Below, piece by piece: positions 26,201 through 39,500 of a stretch of 64,000 nt of DNA (positions are counted from its first letter, which is position 1; each line of letters starts with the position of its first letter). Position numbers and translations under genes: made by a program. This stretch comes from Trichoplax sp. H2 (Eukaryota). The notes under the pieces are model-generated. The model made no database searches, had not been told where the DNA came from, and saw nothing but the letters and a program-made list of their open reading frames with translations. The stretch covers positions 372,001 through 436,000 of the forward strand of contig NOWV01000024.1 of assembly GCA_003344405.1 (NCBI GenBank), in the 5' to 3' direction.

Positions 26201-29200
26201 GTGCAATGCTTTAGAGTGCATTAAGGGAAGGGTAACAAGCAACGCTAGTGATGCTACAGGATTTTAAAATTTAACTGAGGATTAAAGGGTAAATACGAGT
26301 AAGAACCAATTATTTGCCTTTTGCATCCAAAATATAATATATTTTGCCTTGGAAATTCCTATTAGCATCTGCTATATGTGCTTAGATACTTTCAGCAATA
26401 TAAATTAGATATCTTGTTGGACATGAATAGTATATTTACTGGTAGAAATTCTTTTTCTCATATTAATGACAAGAAATTTTAAATGCAATACAATTAAAAT
26501 ATTATAAGGATATAAGATCTTTTCTATTAAAGATTTTCCTCTTTTATTACGGTATGTGTCACACTAGTTTTAATGAAACGCTACCAAGAAAGAATGACTC
26601 AAATTAGGTTTGATATCGAAGATTAAAGATCTTTTTTAAGTTTGAAAGTAGAATACTTGTGAGAAAGTAATTCAATTTTTTATAATGATGCTTTTATCAT
26701 AGTGCAAAGAACATTTCATTTTGACTATAAGATAGTTTACAGTCACTATATTTGAAGTAATGACTCAAATTTTATACTAATTAGTAATATCATGATGTAG
26801 CGTAGAATATCAACTACAATAAGTAACAATCATTAAATAAATACTAAAACAGTATTGATTATAAAATGGCCTTAAGCTACAAGTATTTCTTAGCTCACCG
26901 TTTTAACGAAAATCGATTCTGATCCTAAGCCTCGAACTCGAACAATGTCATTAATGTCGTCAACTCCATCAAAGGAGCAAGTATAAGTTACCACACGCGA
27001 TTCCTATAACAAAGCATTAAGCATTATCCTATCATATCCTCTAAAATTAGATTTATCATGGATATTCAACGTATAACCGATAATATCGTATCTAAACTGT
27101 TTCTTGGCAAAGTCGAAATAAGCAATAATGTTATTTCGTTACGGTAATTATGAAAAAATCAATGAATGGATTGTAAGTGTTTAAGTCAGGACTCTCATGT
27201 TTATGCCAAAATAAGCAAATTTATATTTAGAAATTTTGATTTTGCTTTGATACCACAAAACTTAAATCCGAGATTATTTAGTATATTATGGCTAACCGGA
27301 AATCTTCCTTTAATACAATTCTTCAATAACTCCATTTTTTCCAATGCCTCCTCGGATGATTCTGAAAATGTTTCCTTGAAGTTACTAGGTAATGATTTTA
27401 TAAACACTGGATCACGGATCAAAAAGAGTGCTGAAAATATTGAAAATGATGATTATAGCTAAGATTTGATGATACGCTGTGCTGATATACTTTATAGATA
27501 GACATTAGAAGATAGCTATACCGTTTGGATTGGCTTTACGAAATGCACCATGAATAATTTCCATTTCCGTTATTGAAGTACCAAACACCCATCCATACTC
27601 TTGAGCTAAATTTTGAGGTACATCGGATTGTCCGGGAATCCAACCTGACCGATGACTAGAAGAACATAAATAGAATATTATTCTTTTTGAAAGCATAGCA
27701 TGAGGAATAGGGTTTAAGGTAAGAGTACAGGCAAATCGCGGAGCAAAGGAAAGACATGATCGCATAATATACTTGAGCGAATAGTTATACAGTACAGTCT
27801 ATATACATGGGTCTGCACCTAGATAAATTCAAGAAAAAAGGCCACTGGTTGTCTTCATAACATCGATCAATTTCTCCAAGACATATCCTAAGCGTTTCTT
27901 CTGAAGTTGCTTCTTTTGGCACACCCTAGACAAACATCAAGCTCTCAACGTCAGAATTTCAGATGCTCATTGAAAACTTAATTTGGCAAGATATATATTG
28001 ATCAAGTTCAAATTTCATTCTAGTTTTATGCATTAAATGATTTTACTATAAAAGGTAAAATAATGTCTTGTAAAGTAAATTTTAGACTTTATAAATCTGA
28101 GATTGATATTATTGTGCTAAAATCAAGTTATAACGAATTAATATTTCATTTTAAAGGTGAAATTTTGCCATGCATCATGCTAAAATCAAGTCTCAATGAA
28201 TTAATAACTTATTTTAAAAGGTGACATAATGTCATTATAGTATATTTTAGACTTACATAAGATTAATATCATCATGCTAAAATCAAACTTTAATGAATGA
28301 ATGATTTATGTTAAAAGGGGAATAATTTCTTGTATCGTAAGTATTAGACTTTAATGAAGATTAATTTATCATGCTAAAACTGATTAAATAATTCAGTACC
28401 GTTGAAGTTAACTAGCACTTTAGATCTATTGCAAAATTCTTTTAGCAAGTATTACGTCTTACCCAACGTAAATCACATTCAATTAAATGCAGTTTTAATT
28501 TTTCACACCATAATCTCAGTTCCGGAAATACCTACGATAATCCAATACTTTAAGTTACTTAAAACTTTGTTAGTCAATTCCATTCTTCCAATATGCTTCA
28601 ATGTATCACAAAAGTTTTTTATATTGGAAATACTTATAGTGTTTAATAAAATATGAATTGTAAATTTTTATCAACTTTAATGATTATAGTTACAAAAGCT
28701 AACTGTTTAGAAAATAATAAATTGTTGTACTGCACCTGCTTGACTAAGACTTCACGTTCGGCATGGAAATCTTTAAATGTCGAGGATACAAATAAACGAA
28801 TAGTTTTCCATCCTCGCCTTTTAACAACTGGTTTAATATCATTTAGATACTTGATCGATGTTGCTCGAACAGCATTCCAACATTCTATTGGAGTCGATGG
28901 TTGCAACTCACAGACTTCTTGTAATGATAACTCAGGTTCAGGTGGTAATTCTGACCATAAAATTGTAAAAGTTTCAATAGTTCCAGATATTTTGGACACA
29001 TGCGTTACTTTGCGCGGATTTGCAGCTATAGTACGCTTATTTATATCAGTACTGCCGCTGGAATTATCAACACTGCTAGATGTATCATTATTAGATGCTT
29101 GATTGGAATTTGTTACTACTTGCTCTAATCTATTCGTTGAGCTCTTACGGGTTGAAGCTTGAGCTCTTTGATTCTTAGTGATAGTTGAAGGATTAGTCGT

Positions 29201-29254
29201 AGGTCGACTAATTCCATTAACGACTTGTAATGGCTTTCCTGAAGCACAACCCAT
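17264..29254 (-). CDS. Paralog C: same 24-exon DUF4062-STAND-TPR gene; spans the N gap, and exon 16 appears twice (one copy disrupted)
   Basis: MGCASGK start, exon 1 28736-29254; Walker A GVAGAGKS near 23980-24005; ILFFDALNQ near 23463-23490; last exon VLGPTHPSALRIKSVLDEPEFLRIAQMS* ends at 17264; exon order matches B. Confidence 0.87.
17855..18271 (-). mobile_element. Possible older solo LTR in an intron of paralog C
   Basis: TGTC...GACA termini, 417 bp; on the minus strand TATTTAAG lies about 20 bp upstream of AATAAA; no clear TSD. Confidence 0.3.
19515..19870. repeat. Degenerate intronic tandem repeat, unit about 60 bp, about 6 copies
   Basis: Recurring aaagtagagctattaattatt motif. Confidence 0.75.
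21141..21160. other. Assembly gap (20 N) with overlapping near-identical flanks, 20682-21140 versus 21161-21993
   Basis: The same intron-exon 16-intron sequence lies on both sides of the gap, differing by a few substitutions/indels and by the 369-bp insertion. Confidence 0.9.
21286..21654 (+). mobile_element. 369-bp insertion, probable solo LTR, inside a copy of paralog C exon 16
   Basis: Perfect 5-bp target duplication GCGAT (21281-21285 and 21655-21659) relative to the empty site near 20803; starts TG; TATAAAA near 21517 followed by AATAAA at 21539. The 3' end is TA rather than the canonical CA. Confidence 0.7.
28030..28385. repeat. Degenerate intronic tandem repeat
   Basis: Recurring catgctaaaatcaag ... 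aatgaatta ... aaaaggt motif, about 4 copies. Confidence 0.65.
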
Positions 29255-29837
29255 AGTGATAGTTTAAACCGTTGAGTTTTCGATAATTTTTCTAGCGGAT
29301 AATTCTCGAGTATAAATCTTTTACAAGTATAACGAGCAGCAAAAATCTATCAATCGGACGAATAAAAATAGATAAATTACGGTGTTTTAATAGCCACCTT
29401 CCTGTTGGGCTTCCGCTAGCTAAGAAAGAAATCAAGAATAAAGCAATTAGCTAGCAGCATATTTGCGATCGAAACGATCTAAAATCTCTATATAACATAC
29501 TATAAAAATGGCTATTGATACTTGACGTAAAAACAATCATATCAGTAAATAAATTTTGATGAATTACTTCATAAGTGATGTATGGAGTTAAAAGTATTGC
29601 AAAATTTTAATTACCTATGATCAATATTAGAAAATTAAAGAAATTAGTTAAAAAGTACTATTAGAATTGCTTAATCCAATTAAGTCAAGGCACATAATCT
29701 CCAATCGTATTGTAAATGCAGGCTACTATAGATGAAGAATAATACGGCATTAGCCTATTAAGAAATAAAATAAAACACGATATAATACGAGATGATGCTA
29801 CAGCTTAAAACGAAATCAACGTAAGCCAAGCTTATAT

Positions 29838-29880
29838 ATGGACTGTTAAAAAATGCCTATATTTTTTAGTGGTCCATGGT
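29838..29880. mobile_element. Degenerate palindromic MITE-like element, same family
   Basis: ATGGACTGTTAAAAAAT ... ATTTTTTAGTGGTCCATGGT. Confidence 0.45.
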
Positions 29881-30120
29881 TTGTACCACGTCACTTATAG
29901 CAAAGAAAAGATTACTTTCGATGTATCATAGAGAGTATCTTGCTCGACTAGACTGAATCAGTTATGATGGCTAATTTCGATCATTAATACTTGACTAAAA
30001 ATTAGAATAATTCTTCGTTTCAGTTATTGCAATGGTTTAATCAAAAAATGACCAATTCTTATTGGAAATGGCTAACTCAGCAATTTATACTCGTAGTTCT
30101 TTTAAATGCTTGATTTCAAT

Positions 30121-30332
30121 GGAAAGAAATGATACTTATGAACAGGATTAAAAATTAAAACTGATACTTCCTATGGCAAAACGATAATAAAATAAAATTA
30201 ACTTAGTATTATCCTAGGGGCGATAGTTTGATCTGAATCGAAAGAAGTAGTACTTATGAACAAGATTAAAAGTAAGAAAGTGCTTATTTCTGTGGCGAAA
30301 CGATAATAAAATAGAATTAACGTAGCATTATT
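30121..30332. repeat. Direct repeat, about 118 bp x2
   Basis: aaagaa ... tacttatgaaca ... aacgataataaaata ... aattaac repeated. Confidence 0.75.
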
Positions 30333-33300
30333 AACCTTAAGATGATAAATTCTTATTCAGTAATAAATACTGTCCTGCTGACATTGTTCAAGTAACCAAA
30401 GGTGGACACTACTTCTATAACATTGATGAATTGCCCGAGTTTAAAGGACTTGACGCAATGATTAAAAGATGCAGTGATTAAAGATTTCTTTATAAATGGC
30501 GGCAATTGTCAGGTAAATATTTGAATATCGATTCGTATAGTTTGCTGTGGTTAAGCAAACATTACGTAAAATGGACAGGAAACCCATAAAGTAATGCGAA
30601 AACTACATTTAATATTAGGCAATTTTGACATGACAACTTGTTACTTTGTACAATGGCATAAAAGATGTCAAAGAAGCATTGTATTGTTTTATACTAAAGG
30701 GTTTGTATATCAACTAGCCTCAGGGTAGAGTTTTCACTAACTAGAATTTTTAAGATGCACGATGGCTTTTCATAAATAGTCCCTATGAATTTTCCATACC
30801 ATTCTAATATTGATTACGATGTGATATAGACTTTAATAGTAGCATAAATAAAATCATGGATTATCACACTTGGGTAGCCGACTTACAAACATAAAATGTA
30901 ACTAAGAAAAATCGAAGAAAGATTGTGTAGATATTAATCCTGACTATCCTTCAAATGTTGATATATACGGAAAAAAGAAATACAAACTACTCCTAGTATA
31001 GTTTACAATCTCATGTTATGCTTCAACATATGATTTAGTTTAGTACTATTTGAACATTATAGTAAAGATAAAGAAATTTAAATTTGCCTTTGCTCTTGTC
31101 AAAGATAGGAACAAATTTCTAATGAAAAAGCGAATTTTCGTTAATAGATGTCATATCGAGATTATATATATATATACATGTATATGTATATAAATATTTG
31201 CGAACCTTATGGCTTACTTTATCATTAAAGTAAGCAAAGTTGTTTGGTACCAGTCATTCGAATTCGTCCTTAATGGCAAATATTCAAGGATTGGACTTGT
31301 TTCCACCGCGAATTTAATGAGGTACGACTAAGCTATCGTTTTATTTTAATAACTAATTCGAATGAAAGTTTGTTTTAATTTCTGGTCTTAATTTAGAATT
31401 AAATTAGGCCAGTCACCCTATATAGCCCTAGATTTTAATATATTCACAATCTTTGATCAGGAGTGATCCGCCTATGTTGCTATGGAGACCGATAGTCGTC
31501 ATCAAGTAATTTATTTCATCGGCTTTAACTCGTAAAATTTCTGTATCCGTAGCCATTTTGATATAGATACTCGTTAACGTCGGATAGTACTGCGTTATGA
31601 TTAGCGAGTCTTTGGCATTTGAGAAATGCTGAAAACTCAATTACAAACTCGGAAGATCTTTATATTTTTATTATACCTTTACGATATTTTATGATCTTAA
31701 TCTGATTTGATAGTGATATAAAAGAATCGTTGATGCGATCATACTGTTACTTTATTAAGCATAATGTTACTGTGAAAGTAATCAATTATTTAGTATGTAG
31801 TGCTGATATGAATGAATAAAATGATTACATTCCAGTATTAAGCTCCTTTAAAATATATTTGAAATATGAATGAATAAAGTCATTGCGTTCCAGTATCTAT
31901 CACTTTTAAAATATCGTAATGCTTTGTAAAAAAAAAACTTAATGCATAATTACAATTTCCAACTGCTTCGCTTGAATTCCTAGATTATCTTTGCTGGAAA
32001 TAGATATAGAATTACTGAAAGATAATAATGTATGGTATCAAGATTATATATATATAAGTTTACTCTATGGGGCTTTACAAGATTATTCAATATTTTAATA
32101 ATTGTAGGTGTAATGTATTTAGATCGCTCTGTAAGCTCTTGAGTCAAATATTGCTTGTTATGTTTAGTTATTTATACCATATATAGTCTACGCTAATTTC
32201 TACAATCGTTTGCTATTTCATAGTTTGATGTGGCATATCTCGTATCTAAATCTGCAATCCTGTTCTCTACGTACCGTATGTTCTATCTCAAAAACTATAA
32301 ATACTGATTTCTATCTCTGATTTGTTAGTTGAGTTTGTTAATGTTAGTACGGTATCTATACACGTTACTTCGCGACAGCTTACATGCTGATCTACTAGTA
32401 ACTGCCGCACTGTACACGGTTTTATTCACAATAAAATATTCTTGTTTTAATAAATCTCCTAATGTAGCTTTGCGAATGGCTACTTAGTCCGCATCCGTTA
32501 GCTCTTCGAGCCCTCCATGGCAAGAAGTATTAATAATAATACTTATTGAATTTAGTGGTAATAATGATGTTGAATATAGCGTTAGTGAAGTGATTAAAGT
32601 CTTAGTTAATTTTCGCAAAAAGACTCATATAGTAATGCTCCATCTAATCTACTTAAAAACAAGATGCGATGCGTAATTTGTGTCAGTACAATAGTATCGA
32701 GTTCTGCATTTTCAGTAGTTTCTTGCCTAATCAAACAGTCATTGTAATACAAAACTATCGGTACATTTACTAAATCCAACTCTGCGTCTTATCATCACTA
32801 ATCTTTAATTGTATTTTACGGCTTAAACTTTTAGTAAAGAATTTTTTTAACAAGGTTATTGTTATATTATAAAATTATAAATAACATTTAGGATTGTATG
32901 TACTATAGCATGGGGTAACTGAAAAAGCATAAATCATAAATGTACTTATCCTAATATCCAACCTATTTCATATTATAAGATCGAATTAACTCATGTTCGT
33001 ACTGCATAATGTTGTCCTAGTCTTCGTTAGATGAAGATTTTTATTTCAATACATGAAATATTGCATTATGTATCTCGTCTTTTGAACGTACCATTCATCG
33101 GAATGATAATGGTAGTTTTCTTTATAATATCCATACTGTTGGCAAAATAGGAAATATGAGAAGCTCCAGATGCTAGAGTATAGCTTTAAAGTAAACAATC
33201 TACTGTAAGAATACTAGTTTCTAATTAGATACAAGTGTACAGATTCCTAAATTATGTAATCAGTATCGCAAAAAATATTCATCATATTGTGCTACATCAA

Positions 33301-33589
33301 TTACTTGTAAAGTATGTTAACAAAATTAGTCAACTATCCACAATATATAATTAGAACACTCGCATAACTGCAAATGCAGTTGATGTTCTTGGTTAGTGCT
33401 AATTCTATATTGACACTTGTAATATACTGTGGTTAGTTAGATCTTACATAACCTAAATTAAATAGGTACAGTACTGCTTAAATAATATAAATGGTAGTTT
33501 AACAATTCGTATAATGTCAAATTTGGCACATTTCTGTCTTGATTAAAAGCAAATAATAGATATTAGTGTTACTATGACGTTAATGTTAC

Positions 33590-36500
33590 TCAAGGATTCT
33601 CAGCCATTGCGAGAAATTCTGGTTCGTCAAGGACAGATTTGACTCGCAATGTCGACGGATGGGTAGGTCCCAATATCTATAATATTAATTAAATGAATAA
33701 TATTCATGATACAGCTGATAAATATACTGAAAATAGTAATATTTTAAGTTACATATCCTTATTTTACCTCGCAAGAAATATCGTATGCTCTTTTGTAATA
33801 TGTATAGGATTTTCCTTTATCAGTATATTCAATAATAATGGCTGTGTTAAAAACTATTCGCGTTGTTAGTTTGTGAAACTCGCCATATGCCAGGATACAC
33901 AATTCAAGTGCTTTCTCATAATTCTAGTCAAGAAAGAAATTTATTATTGATTTAAATTATCATCACTGGCATCTTTTCTTTAAAAAGTAGAAGAAGCTTT
34001 CCTTACAGTAATAATTACTGTGTACACGTAATATATGAGGCCTTAATAGCCGCTGTAAACAATATTAAGCTTAATGCAAGATACCCTCTATCGTTCTAAT
34101 CACGTTTAATAAACATATTCTCTTCTATTAATAAATTTAGATGGGATAATAGCTGGATGAAATTTACATAAAAGCTGCGTATTTTATAGAAAGTATTCTT
34201 ATTCAGTACAAGCGAATAACATATTAGAATATAATATTTATATGCGACTAGATTATATGAAATTTTGTTTAACAAAACATTTCTTAAATGCTCTAGCCGA
34301 CTTTATCGCCTTCACTGTGATTTCCTATTATTTGATTTACTATATTAAGCGGCCGTATTTCAATATGTATGTGGTTACACGAGTTTAATTTCATCTAGCA
34401 TAAAGATCAAAAATTATTGTCTCTACCTTCATTTGAGCGTCTGATCCCTCATCAAGAGTATACATCCCTACATTCAATTTTGCTTCTGCTAAATGTCCGA
34501 TATCGCCGAGCTAAATTAGATGAAGTAAATATCGTCACTTCATTTCTGCTTAATAATAATCTGCACTTGATCTATGCAATATAACAACAGATTATTAGTA
34601 AAGTTAATTCATTTAGGCCATAAAATAGTCACCTCTTGAAATATTTGTAAAGCATTATTTGCGTGAGTTCCACTAGCATTTTTAGCTTTCCTCAAAGTCA
34701 AATCCTTGTAGCGTATTCCTGTTTTATAGAAAGCTCCATAATGCCAAGATACTCGAAGTTCTACCAAACCTAAGTGGTACTGCAACATAATTAGCCGACT
34801 TAAGTATAGTAATTAACCAATGTCATCTATTTTAATCCTAAACCAAAATTTTTAAATTCTTATCAATTTTATAACACCTTATTTTCATCTCCCTGTAAAT
34901 TTTTACGTAACGAAATGGCCTTCAATCCAATCTGCACTATATCATAGTGTTTGCCTGCGTCACTTGCTCTAATAAATTCTGCTAATTTGCTGACCTAAAT
35001 ACAGCATCAATCGTCAATTATAGAAATAAGATGATCTAGAGTTTAATATGCTTATAATCAGTATAAATTTAACAATAAAAAAACTGTAATTTATAGAAAT
35101 TAGATGTCGGTAATTATCCCAGAACAAAGATTACTATAAATTATGGAAATTAGATGATCAAGAATCGGATAGGCTAAAGATATGGACCACTAGAAATTTC
35201 TTAAAATTTCTAGTGGTCCGTGCTAAAATCATAATTTGCTTCGATCAAATAACAAAAATAACTATAGTTTTTTTAGTATGTTAAAGTTAATATTTATTGA
35301 TATTTTCTTTAAGTTTGCATTAATTCAAAAAATTAAATTAAATAGAATAGATTAAAGATCACAGTAGGAATTTATGATATGTGTTGTATCTGAATCAAGT
35401 TGTTCTCAAATCATACCTGCAATAGTTTTATTTATTGACTTATTTTGATTGATTAGAAACTTATATATCATACCATGAATGGATTAGATAGTTTATTATA
35501 TCAAGTTAACTTACTTCAGCTTTAATATCAGTCAGCAATTCATACAGATTAGCCAGTTTTTCTGTTCGTGCTCCTAACCGCTTCGTTTCTATGTCAATTG
35601 CTTCGTTCGATAACTTTTCCGCGATATCATATTGTCCTGCACAGCAGCTGCAATAATTTTATCAAAAATTATCGTAAAAAATTATAGATCGAAAGTGCTA
35701 CATCAATTCAGTTCTTCATATTCTATTTATAATACTCGACTAACAGAAAGCGGGCCACTTTCCATTTTTTATCAGCTAATTCTTCCATGTTAGCATTCGA
35801 TGAGGACATGAACTCTAAAGCTTGAGTATACAGTGTAGCTGCAGTAGCATATCCGCCAGCCTAAATTGAATTTAAATCTGTCAGATTTCATGCAAGTTTA
35901 ATACTTAAGTGTTACAATAAATAGACTTTAGTGGATTAACCTTGCGCCAAGAACGTAACAGTTCGATATTAAATTCATCAGCAGCTAATTTTTCAAAGAC
36001 TGGCCATTCTAGTAAACATCGAGCCAATCTGCTATGATCCAGCAATTTTTCTAGATGATAGGGCAACTCCTAGCGATGACACATGTACCGTATATGAAGA
36101 GTTAGATAGTTATAATTCATATCAAAATAACGGAAATAATGATGGTAATGTTGAAAGCATGTAAACGACTTCTATGATGTAACAACTAGTTCAAATGTTG
36201 ATATATCAAAGTCCACCCAAAAGTTAATTGTAAGTGATATAAAACTATTGAGAATAAGTTCAATCAGTTAATCTAACTACCTTAATCCAAGAAAATTACC
36301 TCTGCCTTACGATCATAGTGTTCTACTTGTTCGAAATAGCCGGCAAGTTTGCCATGCCACCAGGTATATAAGAACTTTCTATAATCCTCAGAACTGACTT
36401 TAAAGTATCTAACATTGAAAATATGAAAGAGTGCCTGGTAAGCTATAGAAATAATTAATTTTCTAAATTTAGAAATAAAGGTGTAAACTATCATAGAATT

Positions 36501-39500
36501 TGTATTGGCAAAACTAGAAGTAGATTGTGTTCTGCAGTACTTGCTAAAGTAATCATAACTATTTTGAGGCTTTTTACTGCTTTGCCTACAGTTTCACGAT
36601 AGAATCTAGTCTTACAGGTAGAAATATTGCCATCCAATGGAACAATTTCCAAGTCAGAAATAGCAGACTGATTTGTTTTAATTTGTGAACTAATGATGCT
36701 AATAACTGAGATAGATTCTTTTCTATTCTTCAAATCGATTAGAATATGTAGCATTGCTGCACTAATTTGAGCTAAAAGCTTACTTTTTTCGAACGGCTTT
36801 GCTCATGGCGCGGTGATAGAAATCGAGTCTTCCTTCGCCACTATCGCCGCATGGTCGTAGAAATGGCTTTAGTGCTCGAAATACGACAGCCCATTTAGCA
36901 GCAGGCAATGGTTGTCTCTTAGAAGGAATCGATTGCGATTCCTCGACATAATCGCCTATAAAACATTGTAAATCATATAGTGATTCATATCTAGTCACGT
37001 AAACAACATACCTGGGCAGCTAATCAACCTAAGGTAGAAAAGAACTTCTAATCCAAAAGTCAATGCAGAAATACTCACTAGAAGAATTTTTCTTTTCGCT
37101 AAAATCGGTTTTACGATATGTTTCTTCTACCGTGACATGGAGTTGCTTTGATAAATCCTTTGCTAAGGTCTCATCTACATCTTTTTCTTCTATGTGCTTT
37201 TCTGGAGATATTTTTGTTACGGTAGGCAATCCTCCACTAAGATATTGCTCCGACGATGGTGGTTCCAGTGCTTCATCTTCTCCAAGTAATTCTAGCAATT
37301 CTCGCTCTAATAATCCATGGCGAGAACATTCCAACAAGCAAAGTGTTGCTACCATTAAATGTCCACCACTCTCAGCTTCAAAGCGTGTAAGGACTTGTTC
37401 TAATAATCTAAAAATAATACTAAATGAGATCATACTCTATCCTCATTCGGATCAACAAAGTTTATAGGATGTGACTTTTCAATCATGGTTAAATACTGTC
37501 ATTAGACTTACTCCAACAAACCATCGGCTAATCCTTTAATCATTTCCGTAACTTTACTAAATAAACCAAAAACTCGCAGTTCTTCACAAGCAATCGATAA
37601 CCAAAGTGGATTAGCCGATGCTTCCTTAGATAGTAAAAGCTCCATTTGCTTACTATCCAATCTTTTATTAAATTTGGTCAAAATTTGATCGGCAATTTCC
37701 TAAAATTTCAAATATTATTCTATTTAACCACTACCTAATACCTATAGATATAAAATAACTGATCCGATATTCTGTATCCTATTTCAATCCAAGGCGTTAG
37801 CTTTTCGCTATTTAATTCTAATCTACTTAATCGCTGTCTCTAAATGTAAAATAAATAGCAAACATTCCGCATCCTATTCCAATAGAAGAATTTAAATTTC
37901 TGTAGTTTAAATCTAACCTAGCTAATCACTACCTCTAGACGTAAAATAAGTGAGCAGACATCCTGCGTTTTACTCCAATTCAAGAACTTAACTTTCTGCT
38001 ATTTGAATCTAATATAGTTAGTAACTGAGCCGATAGATTCTGCATCCTACTCCAATCTAAGGACTTAACTTTGCGCGAATTAAAAGTAATTTAATTAATC
38101 GCTACCTCTTGACGCAAAATAATAAAACAGATATTCCACACGACCGCACACACTCTATTCCGTACCCTATTCCAACTCAAGGACTTAACTCTTCGCGATT
38201 TAAATCTAATCTAGTTAATCGCTGCCTCCAGATATAAAATAACTGAGCCCACATTCCGCATTCTATCCCTATCCAGCGACTTGACTTTCTGCTATTTAAT
38301 CTCTTAAACTATAAGGTAGATTCTAGGGACTGTGCTTATGCTTTAATACTGTAGAAATTTTCGAAATGAAGATAAACCGTTTGAATTTTATCAGTCATCG
38401 TAACTTAGCATCTTGCCAACGCTGCGTCTAGATGTACAATAGCTGAGCTGATATTCTATATCCTATCCCAAGGACTTATCTTTCCGCTATTTAAATCTAA
38501 TTTAATTAGTCGCTATCGCTATATGTAAAATAATAGAGCTGATATTCTGTATCCTATCCCAAGGACTTATCTTTCCGCTATTTATATCTAATTTAATTAA
38601 TCATTACCTTTAGACGTGCAATAACTCAACAGGTATTCTGTATCCTATTCCACGGACTTACCTGTTCGCTATTTAAATCTGATCTAATTCATCATTACCT
38701 CCAGATGTAAAATAACTCCGCAGTAATTCATGTATCCTACTTCAAGGACTTACCTTTCTGCTATTTAAATCTAATGGACCACAAAAAACTTCCTTAGGAG
38801 GCTCGATCCGTTTGGCTAAGCTACGATGGCAAGGTGTATCGTTAATCACTGAACATATAATGCGAACCTTTTTCGATAGTGTAAAGGGTAGCCAAGTAAC
38901 TTGTTCAGCTTCTTTAGTTTTATCAAGCTAATAGGTCATTGAAACGGTGAATTAGCCATGCTGAATGAATATTGATGTAATAAGGAGAGAGACAAAGAAT
39001 CTTAAGGGTATCTGACAAGAACCTGATTTAAGGCGTCGAAAAATAAAATGGTAGGTGGTAGGTTAGGGTTATTCAATGTAATATTGGATAATCGCACTAA
39101 TGATTCAATATCGGCAGGTATTTCTCCCTACATCATTTAAAAAATATATGAATTAATCTTCAAGTAATTGTTCCATATTGCAGGCTATGATGAATTTCTT
39201 TTCACTATATCTAATTATATTATCGTATAACCATTCTAATCCCTATATAGTCTCCAGTACTTACAACATATTTCAACTCCTTTAGCATCCGTTGTAACAT
39301 AAAGCCAAGATCAGTCGATCCTGGTGCAGCTCCAATAAAATGGTAAAAGACATTCCAGCCCTTGTTGCTGCCACTAAGAAATGAATTGATAACGATTATT
39401 AATACAGGAGATATTTTCATTTCTAAAGGTTTTATGTGATCATGGTGGAGATCTTTTCAAGAAAGATATTCTTAGTCCTAATTAGATGCTCACTTTGGTA

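Noticed and set aside
28653..29102. Plus-strand ORFs overlapping exons (also 1008, 37063, 50828, 58945)
   Set aside because: Antisense shadows of the real minus-strand exons; no independent coding signal.
31428..31640. ORF containing MATDTEILRVKADEINYL...
   Set aside because: Short, no recognisable family and no convincing splice partners.
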